Assembly: GCA_043808545.1 (NCBI GenBank)
Contig: JAZDEU010000058.1
Location: 1 to 34,515 of the forward strand
Source of the DNA: a bacterium
GTDB taxonomy: Bacteria; Patescibacteriota; Patescibacteriia; JAZDEU01
Length of the DNA: 34,515 bases
Direction of reading: 5' to 3'
In this document: positions 7,256 to 15,944 of the stretch, piece by piece
How positions within the stretch are numbered: the first letter of the stretch is position 1
How the letters are laid out: the number at the start of each line of letters is the position of its first letter
The notes under the pieces: generated by a model
Database searches by the model: none
The model's input: the letters and a program-made list of their open reading frames with translations, nothing else
Told to the model about the DNA's origin: nothing
Program-made: the position numbers and the translations under genes

Positions 7256-8656
7256 ATGCACATAAAATACCGCAGAATAATATGCCTTTTGGCATTCTTA
7301 ATATTTTTTATCTTTACCCCCATAATAATAATATATACTATGGGGTATCGTTATAATTTTAAAAAAAATAAATTTGATAAATTAGGGATGTTATCAATAA
7401 CATTAAAACAAGATGACATAAATATTTATATACATGATGAATTATACGAAAAAAGAGTTCAAAAATATCCTTTTATACCTAAAATGTTTTTAAGTAAAAT
7501 TGAACATACAAGAAATATTATGATCTCAATGTTGCCGGGAGAGTATAATATAAAACTAGAGAAAGAAAATTACTTTCCTTGGGAAAATAATATTGTAATA
7601 AATCCAAACTTAACTGCTTTCGCGCCGCAAATAATGCTATTTAAAAAATCATCTCCCGTAAAATTATTAAATGGCGGCTTAAAAGATATGTCTCTTGATA
7701 AAAAAGATAATTTATACTTTACAAGAAAAGATAACGCAACGACAACTCTTTCATTCCTTGCTCTAAACAATGGAAAAACAAAAGATATATACGAATGGAA
7801 AACATCTGAAGATATGGAATATTTCCCGTCAGTTAATAACGAGAGAATACAAATAAAAGACGGGGAGAAAAATTTAATACTTGATCCGCTAATGCCTCAA
7901 ACGGCGATAGATATAAAAGGGTTCGCTAAAAATTATGATTTTTATAATATGAAATGGCCAGCTGATAGCGATTATATCCTCTATGCTTTAGAAAAAAACA
8001 GCGATATCATATATAAAATAGATATTATAGAAAAAAAAATAATACCTTACGCTTCGGCTAAATGCGAGGATTATATAATATATGCGAATTCTCTCTATAT
8101 AATAACAAAAGATGAAGTTGCAAAAAAAACCGCTATAAAACTATTAAACAACGGGGATGAGAAAGAAATAGCTATTCTGCCTTACGGAGAAAAAATAAAT
8201 TTTATAGGAGCGGAAAAAGATTACTTGCTAATACAGGATAAAAATTCTAAAACCACTTATCTTATAGAACCGGACGCCAATACTTATTCAAAAATAGAAG
8301 CGACATTCAATGAAGCGAAAAGCATAAAATGGAACAGCGCAAAAAATAAAATATTATACGCGAATGATTTTGAAATTTGGGTTTATGATCTGCAAGAAAA
8401 TAAAAACTCCCTAATAACGCGATTAAGCAGTTCAATAAAAGATGTATACTGGCATAGAAATGACAATTGCATACTATTTAATACTGATTCTGACATAAAT
8501 ATTATAGAGTACAACTTCATTAGCCAAAGAAATCTAACAACTATTTTAGAATGGGACAATACTAATGAAATTATATTTACAAACGAAGAAAAAGAAATTT
8601 TATTTACTGTTGAGGAAGGAGAACAAAGCGGATTATTTAGCTTTGAATTGTATTAA
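7256..8656 (+). CDS. Membrane-anchored protein with PEGA-like domain and a C-terminal beta-rich region
   Basis: 466 aa. N-terminal TM helix IICLLAFLIFFIFTPIIIIYTMGY. LPGEYNIKLEKENYFPWENNIVINPN resembles a PEGA domain. Function unknown. Confidence 0.6.
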   Translation: MHIKYRRIICLLAFLIFFIFTPIIIIYTMGYRYNFKKNKFDKLGMLSITLKQDDINIYIHDELYEKRVQKYPFIPKMFLSKIEHTRNIMISMLPGEYNIKLEKENYFPWENNIVINPNLTAFAPQIMLFKKSSPVKLLNGGLKDMSLDKKDNLYFTRKDNATTTLSFLALNNGKTKDIYEWKTSEDMEYFPSVNNERIQIKDGEKNLILDPLMPQTAIDIKGFAKNYDFYNMKWPADSDYILYALEKNSDIIYKIDIIEKKIIPYASAKCEDYIIYANSLYIITKDEVAKKTAIKLLNNGDEKEIAILPYGEKINFIGAEKDYLLIQDKNSKTTYLIEPDANTYSKIEATFNEAKSIKWNSAKNKILYANDFEIWVYDLQENKNSLITRLSSSIKDVYWHRNDNCILFNTDSDINIIEYNFISQRNLTTILEWDNTNEIIFTNEEKEILFTVEEGEQSGLFSFELY

Positions 8657-8889
8657 AAATCCGTCGCCCCCTTCGAATTGGCAAAAAGTATATTTTGCTA
8701 AAATAAACCAAAAAATTTTAATTAGCGACAATCCCAAGTAGTTACGGCTTTTCATTGTTAACAAATTAGTGGATGCGCATCCAAATGCGGATGTTGGGTT
8801 TACGAGCGCTACAGACGCCATGCCTCCTGCATGCGCAGGCAGGTAGCGAGTTTTTGATTAAGTTGCCGACGGCGTAAAATTTTAGCAAT

Positions 8890-8926
8890 AAAAAACCCCT
8901 TTCAGTTTGAGTGAAAGGAGTTTTTT
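8890..8926. terminator. Bidirectional rho-independent terminator candidate (rplL end)
   Basis: CCTTTCA-GTTTGAG-TGAAAGG stem (8898..8918) flanked by A6 (8890..8895) and T6 (8921..8926). Confidence 0.6.
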
Positions 8927-8945
8927 ATTGAACTTTTTAAAAAAA

Positions 8946-9359
8946 TTATTTTAAAGTAACTTTAGCTCCAGCTTCTTCTAAAACTTTTTTCATATTTTCA
9001 GCATCTGCTTTTGTGGCGCCTTCTTTTATAACTTTAGGAGCTCCGTCTGCTAAATCTTTAGCTTCTTTAAGACCTAATTCTGTGATTGTTCTGATTGCTT
9101 TAATAACGGCGATTTTATTCGCGCCAGCATCAGTTAATTCAACATTAAAGTCGGTCTTTTCTTCAACTGCAACTTCAGCGCCAGCGATGCCTACAGGCAA
9201 CATACCCATTGCCATTACAGGAGCGGCGGCGGATACGCCGAATTTTTCTTCTAAAATTTTAACTAATTCTGATAAATCTAGAACCGACATTTTTTCTATT
9301 TCTGAAACAATGTCAGTAAATTTTTCAGGGATTTGGATTTCTTTTTTTTCTTCACTCAT
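8946..9359 (-). CDS. rplL: 50S ribosomal protein L7/L12
   Basis: Start trimmed to the internal ATG at 9359 ([42 protein letters not shown]...). The C-terminal domain [33 protein letters not shown]...AGAKVTLK is canonical. The track ORF's extra 21 N-terminal residues translate a tandem repeat. Confidence 0.93.
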   Translation of the reverse strand: MSEEKKEIQIPEKFTDIVSEIEKMSVLDLSELVKILEEKFGVSAAAPVMAMGMLPVGIAGAEVAVEEKTDFNVELTDAGANKIAVIKAIRTITELGLKEAKDLADGAPKVIKEGATKADAENMKKVLEEAGAKVTLK

Positions 9360-9365
9360 ACATAT

Positions 9366-9397
9366 CAAGAAAACAAGAAAACAAGAAAACAAGAAAA
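9366..9397. repeat. Tandem 8-mer CAAGAAAA x4 (TTTTCTTG on the rplL sense strand)
   Basis: Four exact consecutive copies, 7 nt upstream of the rplL start codon. Confidence 0.9.
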
Positions 9398-9511
9398 CAA
9401 TTTTAAATTTTCTTTCAGCCAAAGGCTGATCCGCCTCTGGCGGAAATTTCTGAATTTCTTAATTTTCATTAATGTTAATATTTAAAATAAACTAATACTA
9501 AATACATAATA

Positions 9512-10033
9512 CTATATGCTTTCTTTTATGCCATTTAACACATTAACCAACCCCCTGAAGTTGCCTTGCAATACATTAACAAATCCGCTAATGGGGGCTT
9601 GTATAGAACCAACAACCTTCGCCAATAACTCTTCTTTGGTCGGCAAATTAGCTAATGCTAAAACTTCATCGCTTCTAATTATTCTGTTTTCTAAAATTCC
9701 AGCGATAATATTAAACTTATCATTATGATCTTTTTTATATTCCTTAAAAATTCTTGCGGGACCGATTTCATCTTCTCCAAAAGCTATTCCAATATTTTCT
9801 TCTATTTTTACTATCTCGCTATTTTCTAATCCTTTCGCCTTTAGCGCTAAGCTCAATAAATTCTTTTTTGCCACAAAATATTCAATTTTATTCTCTCTGC
9901 ATCTCTTTCTTAAATCTTCTATGTCTTTCACCGTTAAACCGCTAAAATTAGCAATAGCCACGGACTTTTGGTTATCTAATTTATCTTGATAGATTTTTAC
10001 TAACTCTTCTTTTCTAGATTTTGTTTTAGGCAT
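9512..10033 (-). CDS. rplJ: 50S ribosomal protein L10
   Basis: 173 aa. MPKTKSRKEELVKIYQDKLDNQKSVAIANFSGLTVKDIEDLRKRCRENKIEYFVAKKNLL matches the L10 N-terminal pattern. Lies upstream of rplL. Confidence 0.92.
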   Translation of the reverse strand: MPKTKSRKEELVKIYQDKLDNQKSVAIANFSGLTVKDIEDLRKRCRENKIEYFVAKKNLLSLALKAKGLENSEIVKIEENIGIAFGEDEIGPARIFKEYKKDHNDKFNIIAGILENRIIRSDEVLALANLPTKEELLAKVVGSIQAPISGFVNVLQGNFRGLVNVLNGIKESI

Positions 10034-10464
10034 ACAATATAAGTCAAAAGTTAAAAGTCAAAAGTTAAAAGTTAATTTCAATTTTTGATTTTTAATATTT
10101 GAAAAATAATTCTATGGCGCCACATTTATATCGCGATGTTAAAAACTTTTCATCATTCGGATGGGCGCTACCTGCCTGTGCAGGCAGGTTTGTAGTTAGC
10201 GCGTTTAAAACTAAAAAAAAGGCTCTTTAAAGCCGCAGATTATAGTATAATTAAATTATATGCCTATAAAAACATACAATCTATTTACCTCGGCGAGGCT
10301 AGCATCCCCTCTATTTAGAGGAGGCGAGGGGTGTGTATTTCCCGCTAATTTAAACTCATTTTAGGGTCCACGCTGTCTGTGGCATTGTTTATTTTTTATA
10401 AGTATAACATAAATAAAAAATATGTCAATGTTAAAAATATAAAATGCCAAGCCATCCTATTACA

Positions 10465-10581
10465 ATATGGGACTGTCGCCGAATAGCAAATTTTACGATT
10501 TTTGAAAAAAATTTTGGCTTAATAAAGCCTGAAAGTTTTCAAAATTTTGTAAAAAACCGCATTCGGCGACACGCCCAATAT
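10465..10581. repeat. Nested inverted repeat of the GGGACTGTCGCCGAAT / ATTCGGCGAC family
   Basis: GTCGCCGAAT (10475..10484) pairs with ATTCGGCGAC (10561..10570). Inner TTTTGAAAA/TTTTCAAAA arms and a GGCTTAATAAAGCC apex hairpin. Related arms at 26193..26208 / 26317..26331. Confidence 0.8.
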
Positions 10582-10619
10582 GTTTAATATCTAATAATTT
10601 TTCACAATTAATAAAAAAT

Positions 10620-10648
10620 TTGCTTTAAAAGCAAGCTTTCTGTATAAT
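10620..10648 (+). promoter_or_regulatory. Sigma-70-like promoter TTGCTT-17-TATAAT
   Basis: -35 at 10620..10625, exact 17-nt spacer, consensus -10 at 10643..10648, about 40 nt upstream of the 10687 ATG. Confidence 0.5.
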
Positions 10649-10686
10649 AGTAGTATTATAGTAAAACCTCTAATTTTTTTCAATTT

Positions 10687-12939
10687 ATGACTTTCATTCT
10701 TCTTTTACTAGTTTTAAATATTCTATTTTTTAAATCCAGCTTCTTGGGGATAATTTTAGGCGGCTTCTATCTCTTAAACTATGGGAAAAAGTTAGGAAAA
10801 TGGATTTTCCCAAAAGAAGACAGTATATACCAAACTCTTTTTGGCATATTTTTTATTTTAATATTCTTATCATCCTTCGGAGCGGTAATATATTATTTTT
10901 ATAAATTAAACAGCATTGTCGTTTTGCTTATTTTATTATCAATCCCTTGTCTAATAAAAAAATTATATAAAAAATATCCTTTGAAAATTTGTCCAGATGT
11001 TTACAAAAAAAGTTATTTTTGGGAAACAACTTTTATTAAGACTGTCCAAAACTTTCTCCTCTACGCTTTTAATAAAAAAGAATTCCGCAAAAAAATATTT
11101 ACTAAAATAAAAAATTTCCTATTATCTGCAAAAACTTTATATTTAATAATATTTTTAGTATTATTAAAAACATCTTTTAGCTATTCTACATCGCAAGCAG
11201 TTCGTTCGCCGTGGCTCGTATTGCCAAGATGGCATATCTTCCTTTATTTTATCTCAACTGCGTTGTTAATATCAATAATATTAAAAGAAAAATCCAGCAA
11301 GCCGCTTTTATTTATTATTTTGCATACTTTTTTAACTTCCAGTTTAGCTTTAATAATTTATAAATTAGGATATGGATTTGATCCATTTATCCATCAAGCG
11401 ACAGAAAAAATAATTTTTGAAAAAGGATTTATCTTGCCAAAGCCATTATATTATTTAGGGCAATATTCATTAGTCGTGATCCTATCTCATATTTTTCAAA
11501 AATCCACCGCAATTATTGATAAATTTTTAGTCCCCTTAATGTATTCTATATATATCCCTATCTTTGCTTATTTTAGTTTAAGCAAATTTTTAAAGGATCA
11601 TAATAAATATATTTTTTTATCGCTTCTTTCTATTCTAATTTTGCCATGCGCAAGTTTTATCGCGACAACCCCGCAGGCATTAGCTAACATTTTAGCTATC
11701 GTAATTGTATTTTTATCATTATTATATATTATTGTAGAGACAGGTTTTAAACCTGTCTCTACGGTAAAACACCTCATGTTTTTTCTTGCTGTTGCAACGA
11801 TTCTAATCCATCCCCTCACAGGACTTTGTGTATTTATATTTCTTTTAATTTTATTTACTGTAAATAAAAAGTTTAAATTTAAAAAAATTATTTTACCGAT
11901 AATAATAATTATATCATCGGTTATTATTCCTTTTATTTTTTCTTTGAGTTCCACTTTAAAAACAAAAATAAATTTTGATAGTTTCACTATATTCTCCCTT
12001 CCATTATTTAATACCGCGCGCCAATATAACCTTATAAAAGATTTTGTCTATCTGTATGGCGGCAATATCACATTTATTTTTTTAATAATTTCAATCTTGG
12101 GAATAATAATTTTTCATTATCATAAAAATAATACATACGCGGATAGTTCAAATATTATTGAGGGAGATGCTGATACAGTCCAATCTGCTATAATATTTCC
12201 ATACCTTTTAACTTTCTTAATATTGGTTGCTAATTACATAATATTAAAAATTTTTATTTCCTTCAATGCGTTAATATATTACGAGCAAAATAATTACGCG
12301 GAAAGGCTTTTTACTTTAAGTCTTTATTTTTTACTGCCATTTTTTATTATCGCTTTTTATTATTTTTTTAAAAAATTAGGTTCTTTTAAGGAAAAAACAT
12401 ATATCAAAATTTTCTTTTTTTCTTTATTCGCATTGTGGATAACTTCATCTTTTTACTTAACTTATCCGAGATATGATAATTATTCCGCGGATAGAGGCTA
12501 TAATGTTTCAGAAGCAGATTTTCATGCCGTAGAATTTATAAATAAAAATGAAAATGAAAATAATTATATTGTTCTTGCGAATCAAAATACTTCAGCCGCC
12601 GCGCTCTCTGAATACGGATTTTTAAAATACTTTGCCCTTCGCAGCTTTAGCGAAGGAGGGTTTATCTCCGACAGCGAAAAAAGGTTAGAACAAATTTTTT
12701 ATTATCCAATTCCAACTTCAAGCCCGCTTTATGATTATTATTTAGAGATGGTAAATATAAAACCAACTCGCGAAGTTATGAAAAAAGCTATGGATTTAGC
12801 CGGAGTGAAAACAGGTTATTTTGTGATTTGCGATTATTGGTGGAAATCGGATCAGATTATAGAAAAAGCGAAATTAGAAGCTGATGAGTATTATAGTATT
12901 AAAGGAGGCAAGAGTTATGTATTTAGATATACATTATAA
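10687..12939 (+). CDS. Large polytopic integral membrane protein with C-terminal soluble domain (possible GT-C-type glycosyltransferase)
   Basis: 750 aa. Hydrophobic segments across most of the first ~590 aa (many predicted TM helices), then a polar domain (YDNYSADRGYNVSEADFHAVEFINKNEN...). The function assignment is only architectural. Confidence 0.7.
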   Translation: MTFILLLLVLNILFFKSSFLGIILGGFYLLNYGKKLGKWIFPKEDSIYQTLFGIFFILIFLSSFGAVIYYFYKLNSIVVLLILLSIPCLIKKLYKKYPLKICPDVYKKSYFWETTFIKTVQNFLLYAFNKKEFRKKIFTKIKNFLLSAKTLYLIIFLVLLKTSFSYSTSQAVRSPWLVLPRWHIFLYFISTALLISIILKEKSSKPLLFIILHTFLTSSLALIIYKLGYGFDPFIHQATEKIIFEKGFILPKPLYYLGQYSLVVILSHIFQKSTAIIDKFLVPLMYSIYIPIFAYFSLSKFLKDHNKYIFLSLLSILILPCASFIATTPQALANILAIVIVFLSLLYIIVETGFKPVSTVKHLMFFLAVATILIHPLTGLCVFIFLLILFTVNKKFKFKKIILPIIIIISSVIIPFIFSLSSTLKTKINFDSFTIFSLPLFNTARQYNLIKDFVYLYGGNITFIFLIISILGIIIFHYHKNNTYADSSNIIEGDADTVQSAIIFPYLLTFLILVANYIILKIFISFNALIYYEQNNYAERLFTLSLYFLLPFFIIAFYYFFKKLGSFKEKTYIKIFFFSLFALWITSSFYLTYPRYDNYSADRGYNVSEADFHAVEFINKNENENNYIVLANQNTSAAALSEYGFLKYFALRSFSEGGFISDSEKRLEQIFYYPIPTSSPLYDYYLEMVNIKPTREVMKKAMDLAGVKTGYFVICDYWWKSDQIIEKAKLEADEYYSIKGGKSYVFRYTL
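11734..11762. repeat. 29-bp palindrome GTAGAGACAGGTTT-T-AAACCTGTCTCTAC inside the membrane-protein CDS
   Basis: 14+1+14 perfect arms. Translated in frame as VETGFKPVST. Confidence 0.9.
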
Positions 12940-13003
12940 ATCGTTCTTTTTTTTGATCTTTCAAAAATAAACCAATTCAATTAAAGCATGGAGGAATATA
13001 CAG

Positions 13004-14851
13004 ATGAATATTCATGAAATAAATGAAGGAGATTTACGGATATTGATGATATATCCAAAATTTCCCACAACATATTGGGGTCTTCAGTATGCAGTAAAAT
13101 TTGTCGGCGCAATATCATCTATGCCTCCACTAGGATTGTTGACAATTGCGGCATTATTGCCAAATTATTGTGAAGTAAATTTAGTGGATATGAATGTAGC
13201 GCCTCTTTTAGAAAAAGATATTACAAGGGCTGATATAATTTTTATATCCGCTATGCTCGCGCAACAAGATTCTTTTAAACTTGTCGCAAGTATCTGTAAA
13301 AGACCTGGAAAAATTATAATCGCTGGCGGTCCATATCCAAGCTCTTGCCATGAAAAAATCACTGATGTAGATTCTGTTGTTGTTGGAGAAGCTGAAAATA
13401 CAATAGACATCCTTTTTAAAGACTTAAAAAAAGGAAAGTTAGAAAAGTTGTATAAAAGCGGCAATTATCCAGATCTTGAAGAAAGTCCCATCCCAAGGTA
13501 TGATTTACTGCCCAATATGAATGCTTACGCAACTATGTCAATGCAATATTCGCGAGGTTGCCCTTATGAATGTGAATTTTGCGATATAATAAAGATGTTC
13601 GGCAGAAAAATGAGAACGAAAACAGTTGCTCAAATAATCGCTGAAATGGAGCAACTTTATAAGTTAGGCTGGAGAGGTCCTGTTTTTATTGTAGATGACA
13701 ATTTTATTGGAAAGAAAAAAACAATAAAAACGGAAGTGTTGCCTGCAATAGCTAGATGGCAAAAAAAACATGGGCATCCATTTGATCTATTTACAGAAGC
13801 TTCAATAGACGTTGCGGAGAACGAACTTTTGCAGTTATTAGCAGAAGCAGGTTTTAATATGCTCTTTATCGGTTTTGAAACAGTATCAAAAGAATCACTA
13901 GAAGAAACTGGAAAAAATCAAAATTTAGATAAAGGAGTTGCTAATGTAGCAGAAAGGTATCTAGCCAGCGTATTAAAAATTCAACAAGCTGGAATAGAGG
14001 TGACTGGAGGATTTATTGTAGGGTTTGACAATGATCCTAAAAATATTTTTGATCGATTAACAGTTTTTATACAAAGTTCAGGAATTGTTCTTGCAATGGT
14101 TGGTTTATTATCAGCTCTTCCTGGCACCAAACTATACGAACGGCTTAAAAAAGCGGGACGTTTGTTGGGAGATTCATCTGGTAATAATACTCATGATTTG
14201 TGCTTGAATTTTAAACCGTTAAATATGTCCATAGAGGAAATAATCGCAGGTTATAAAAAAGTTATTACACATATTTATAACCCAAAACATTATTTCCAAA
14301 GATGCTTGACGCACTTGCGAAACTTGAAACCTCACCAAACTTCCACGCGGAGGGTAAAAAAAACCGAAATACTCGCGCTTGTTAAATCTTTGGTTATCCA
14401 AACTTGGTCTCACTATAGATGGAATTACTGGAATTTTCTATTACGTTCTTTGTTTATCAAACCGAAGATGTTTCCCGAAACGATAAGACTCGCGATTATG
14501 GGACATCATTTCTTCAAAATAACTGAAGAGATTTTAGCAGTTGATGCTTTTAAAACAGAGGCGGTGAGCATAAAGGAAATATATGAGCAAAAAATTAAAA
14601 CCACAAAAGAGTGGATAGAAAGCAAAACAAACCAGCTCCAAGTGGTTTGTGCTTCTTTTAAAAAGGAGGAAATAGAATCAAAAATAGTTGAATTACAAAA
14701 TTTAAAGGATAAACTCTTAAAAGAGCTTAAAAAACGATATTATAAAATTGACGTTGATTTTAGGCATTATGTTGTAGATCTTCTTGTAAATATTGAAGAA
14801 ACTCTTAACAATTGTTTAAATCAACTAATAGAGATTATCCCTTCAAAATAG
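13004..14851 (+). CDS. B12-binding-domain radical SAM protein (class B, DUF4070-like) with C-terminal coiled coil
   Basis: 615 aa. N-terminal PPLGLLTIAALLP B12-domain pattern. Radical SAM cluster motif YSRGCPYECEFCDI (CxxxCxxC). GGAGG Shine-Dalgarno 9 nt upstream of the ATG. Confidence 0.88.
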   Translation: MNIHEINEGDLRILMIYPKFPTTYWGLQYAVKFVGAISSMPPLGLLTIAALLPNYCEVNLVDMNVAPLLEKDITRADIIFISAMLAQQDSFKLVASICKRPGKIIIAGGPYPSSCHEKITDVDSVVVGEAENTIDILFKDLKKGKLEKLYKSGNYPDLEESPIPRYDLLPNMNAYATMSMQYSRGCPYECEFCDIIKMFGRKMRTKTVAQIIAEMEQLYKLGWRGPVFIVDDNFIGKKKTIKTEVLPAIARWQKKHGHPFDLFTEASIDVAENELLQLLAEAGFNMLFIGFETVSKESLEETGKNQNLDKGVANVAERYLASVLKIQQAGIEVTGGFIVGFDNDPKNIFDRLTVFIQSSGIVLAMVGLLSALPGTKLYERLKKAGRLLGDSSGNNTHDLCLNFKPLNMSIEEIIAGYKKVITHIYNPKHYFQRCLTHLRNLKPHQTSTRRVKKTEILALVKSLVIQTWSHYRWNYWNFLLRSLFIKPKMFPETIRLAIMGHHFFKITEEILAVDAFKTEAVSIKEIYEQKIKTTKEWIESKTNQLQVVCASFKKEEIESKIVELQNLKDKLLKELKKRYYKIDVDFRHYVVDLLVNIEETLNNCLNQLIEIIPSK

Positions 14852-14870
14852 CATAGCACATTATACAATA

Positions 14871-15030
14871 GGTGAGACAAGGACATTAGCAACGCATCCT
14901 AATGGGGTGCGAGTGTTAAAATTTTAGCATCGGAGGGGTACTAAATGCCTAAACGCACACTTTCTTGTCTCACCTTTACCGCCACGCATTGAACGCCCTG
15001 CGATCAATGAGTGGCGGTTCGCTCTTAACT
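14871..15030 (+). ncRNA. Candidate structured RNA (unknown family) or structured 3' UTR
   Basis: Closing helix GGTGAGACAAG (14871..14881) / CTTGTCTCACC (14964..14974) encloses the CATTAG...CTAATG and GTGCG...CGCAC helices. Next comes a 14-bp interrupted hairpin ACCGCCAC-CATTGA...TCAATG-GTGGCGGT (14978..15018), then the terminator at 15035. I recognised no known RNA family. Confidence 0.3.
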
Positions 15031-15034
15031 TGAA

Positions 15035-15077
15035 AAGCCTTTGAACTGGCAACTACCATTCAAAGGCTTCTTTTTTT
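15035..15077 (+). terminator. Rho-independent terminator
   Basis: 11-bp stem AAGCCTTTGAA / TTCAAAGGCTT with a 13-nt loop, followed by C + T7 (15071..15077). Located between convergent genes. Confidence 0.75.
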
Positions 15078-15106
15078 ATTAGTGCTCCGTAAAAATCATT
15101 TCTCAA

Positions 15107-15928
15107 TCAGTTTAAATCAGTTTTATGCACTATAACAGTGAATTCCCCTTTTAAATTATTTTTATCGCTTTCCAGTTCGCGCAACACATTGTCCATATTC
15201 CCGCGATAAATTGTCTCAAACATTTTTGTCATTTCTCTGCCTAAAATTATTTGAACACTATTTTTGTTCACTGATAATTCGCTAATCTCCAAAAGCGCTT
15301 TTAATATCCGATGGCATGATTCATAGAAAATAACAGGCATGTCGTTTTCGCATACTTTTTCAAAAAATGTTTTCCTCCCCTTTTTATGCGGAGGAAATCC
15401 TAAAAATAGAAATTTATCCATCGCAATCCCGGAAACGCTTGCGAGCGTTATCGCCGCGCAAGCTCCTGGTATAGGCGCTATGTTTATTCGTGTATTGGCG
15501 GCTCCATTGTCTTCATCGCGAGGTATGAGCGATGAAGCTATGGAGCCATTTTGCTTATCTTTAAAATTTTGCATTCCAGCTCCACATTCCTCCTGCGTCG
15601 GAACAATGAAGCCACTAGATCTATTTTTCCGTTTTAAAATCTCGTTTACTAAAATTCCGCCGGGATCGCTAATTCCTGGCGTTCCGGCATCAGAAACCAA
15701 AGCCGCGTTTTCACCTTTTTCTAACCGATCAATTATATAATTTATTTTATCTAATTTAGAATGATGATGATAACTGATCAAAGTTTTTTTAATTTCATAA
15801 TGCGCTAGAAGTTTTGCCGTCACTCTTGTATCCTCGCAAATTATAAAATCAACTTCACGTAAAATTCGCAAAGCTCGCAAAGTTATGTCTTCTAAGTTTC
15901 CAATCGGAGTCGCGACTATATATAACAT
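15107..15928 (-). CDS. rsmI: 16S rRNA (cytidine1402-2'-O)-methyltransferase RsmI with a ~46-aa internal insertion
   Basis: MLYIVATPIGNLEDITLRALRIL..., SDAGTPGISDPG and IPGACAAITLASVSG motifs. Insertion between LVNEILKR and INIAPIPG (aa ~101-147). Confidence 0.9.
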   Translation of the reverse strand: MLYIVATPIGNLEDITLRALRILREVDFIICEDTRVTAKLLAHYEIKKTLISYHHHSKLDKINYIIDRLEKGENAALVSDAGTPGISDPGGILVNEILKRKNRSSGFIVPTQEECGAGMQNFKDKQNGSIASSLIPRDEDNGAANTRINIAPIPGACAAITLASVSGIAMDKFLFLGFPPHKKGRKTFFEKVCENDMPVIFYESCHRILKALLEISELSVNKNSVQIILGREMTKMFETIYRGNMDNVLRELESDKNNLKGEFTVIVHKTDLN

Positions 15929-15944
15929 TTGAATAAACCAAATT

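Noticed and set aside
9360-9422. 21-residue N-terminal extension of the rplL ORF ([21 protein letters not shown])
   Set aside because: It is the translation of the CAAGAAAA x4 tandem repeat. The canonical L7/L12 sequence begins at the internal ATG at 9359.
9013-9429. Long antisense ORFs inside real genes (e.g. 9013..9429, 15339..15740, 16081..16371, 2772..3173, 3898..4188, 20561..20854, 33517..33916)
   Set aside because: Each overlaps a confidently identified gene on the opposite strand. The translations are low-complexity mirror images with no recognisable motifs.
10042-10074. Possible CRISPR array among the short tandem repeats (heptads, CAAGAAAA x4, CCGAAT units)
   Set aside because: Units are 6-8 nt with no unique spacers of 25-40 nt. 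No cas genes are in the window, and the architecture is inverted rather than direct-repeat/spacer.
12940-13003. Cobalamin riboswitch ahead of the B12-dependent radical SAM gene (also looked in 10034..10686)
   Set aside because: The spacer is only 64 nt. No B12-box-like sequence (e.g. GCCACTG core) was seen in either region.
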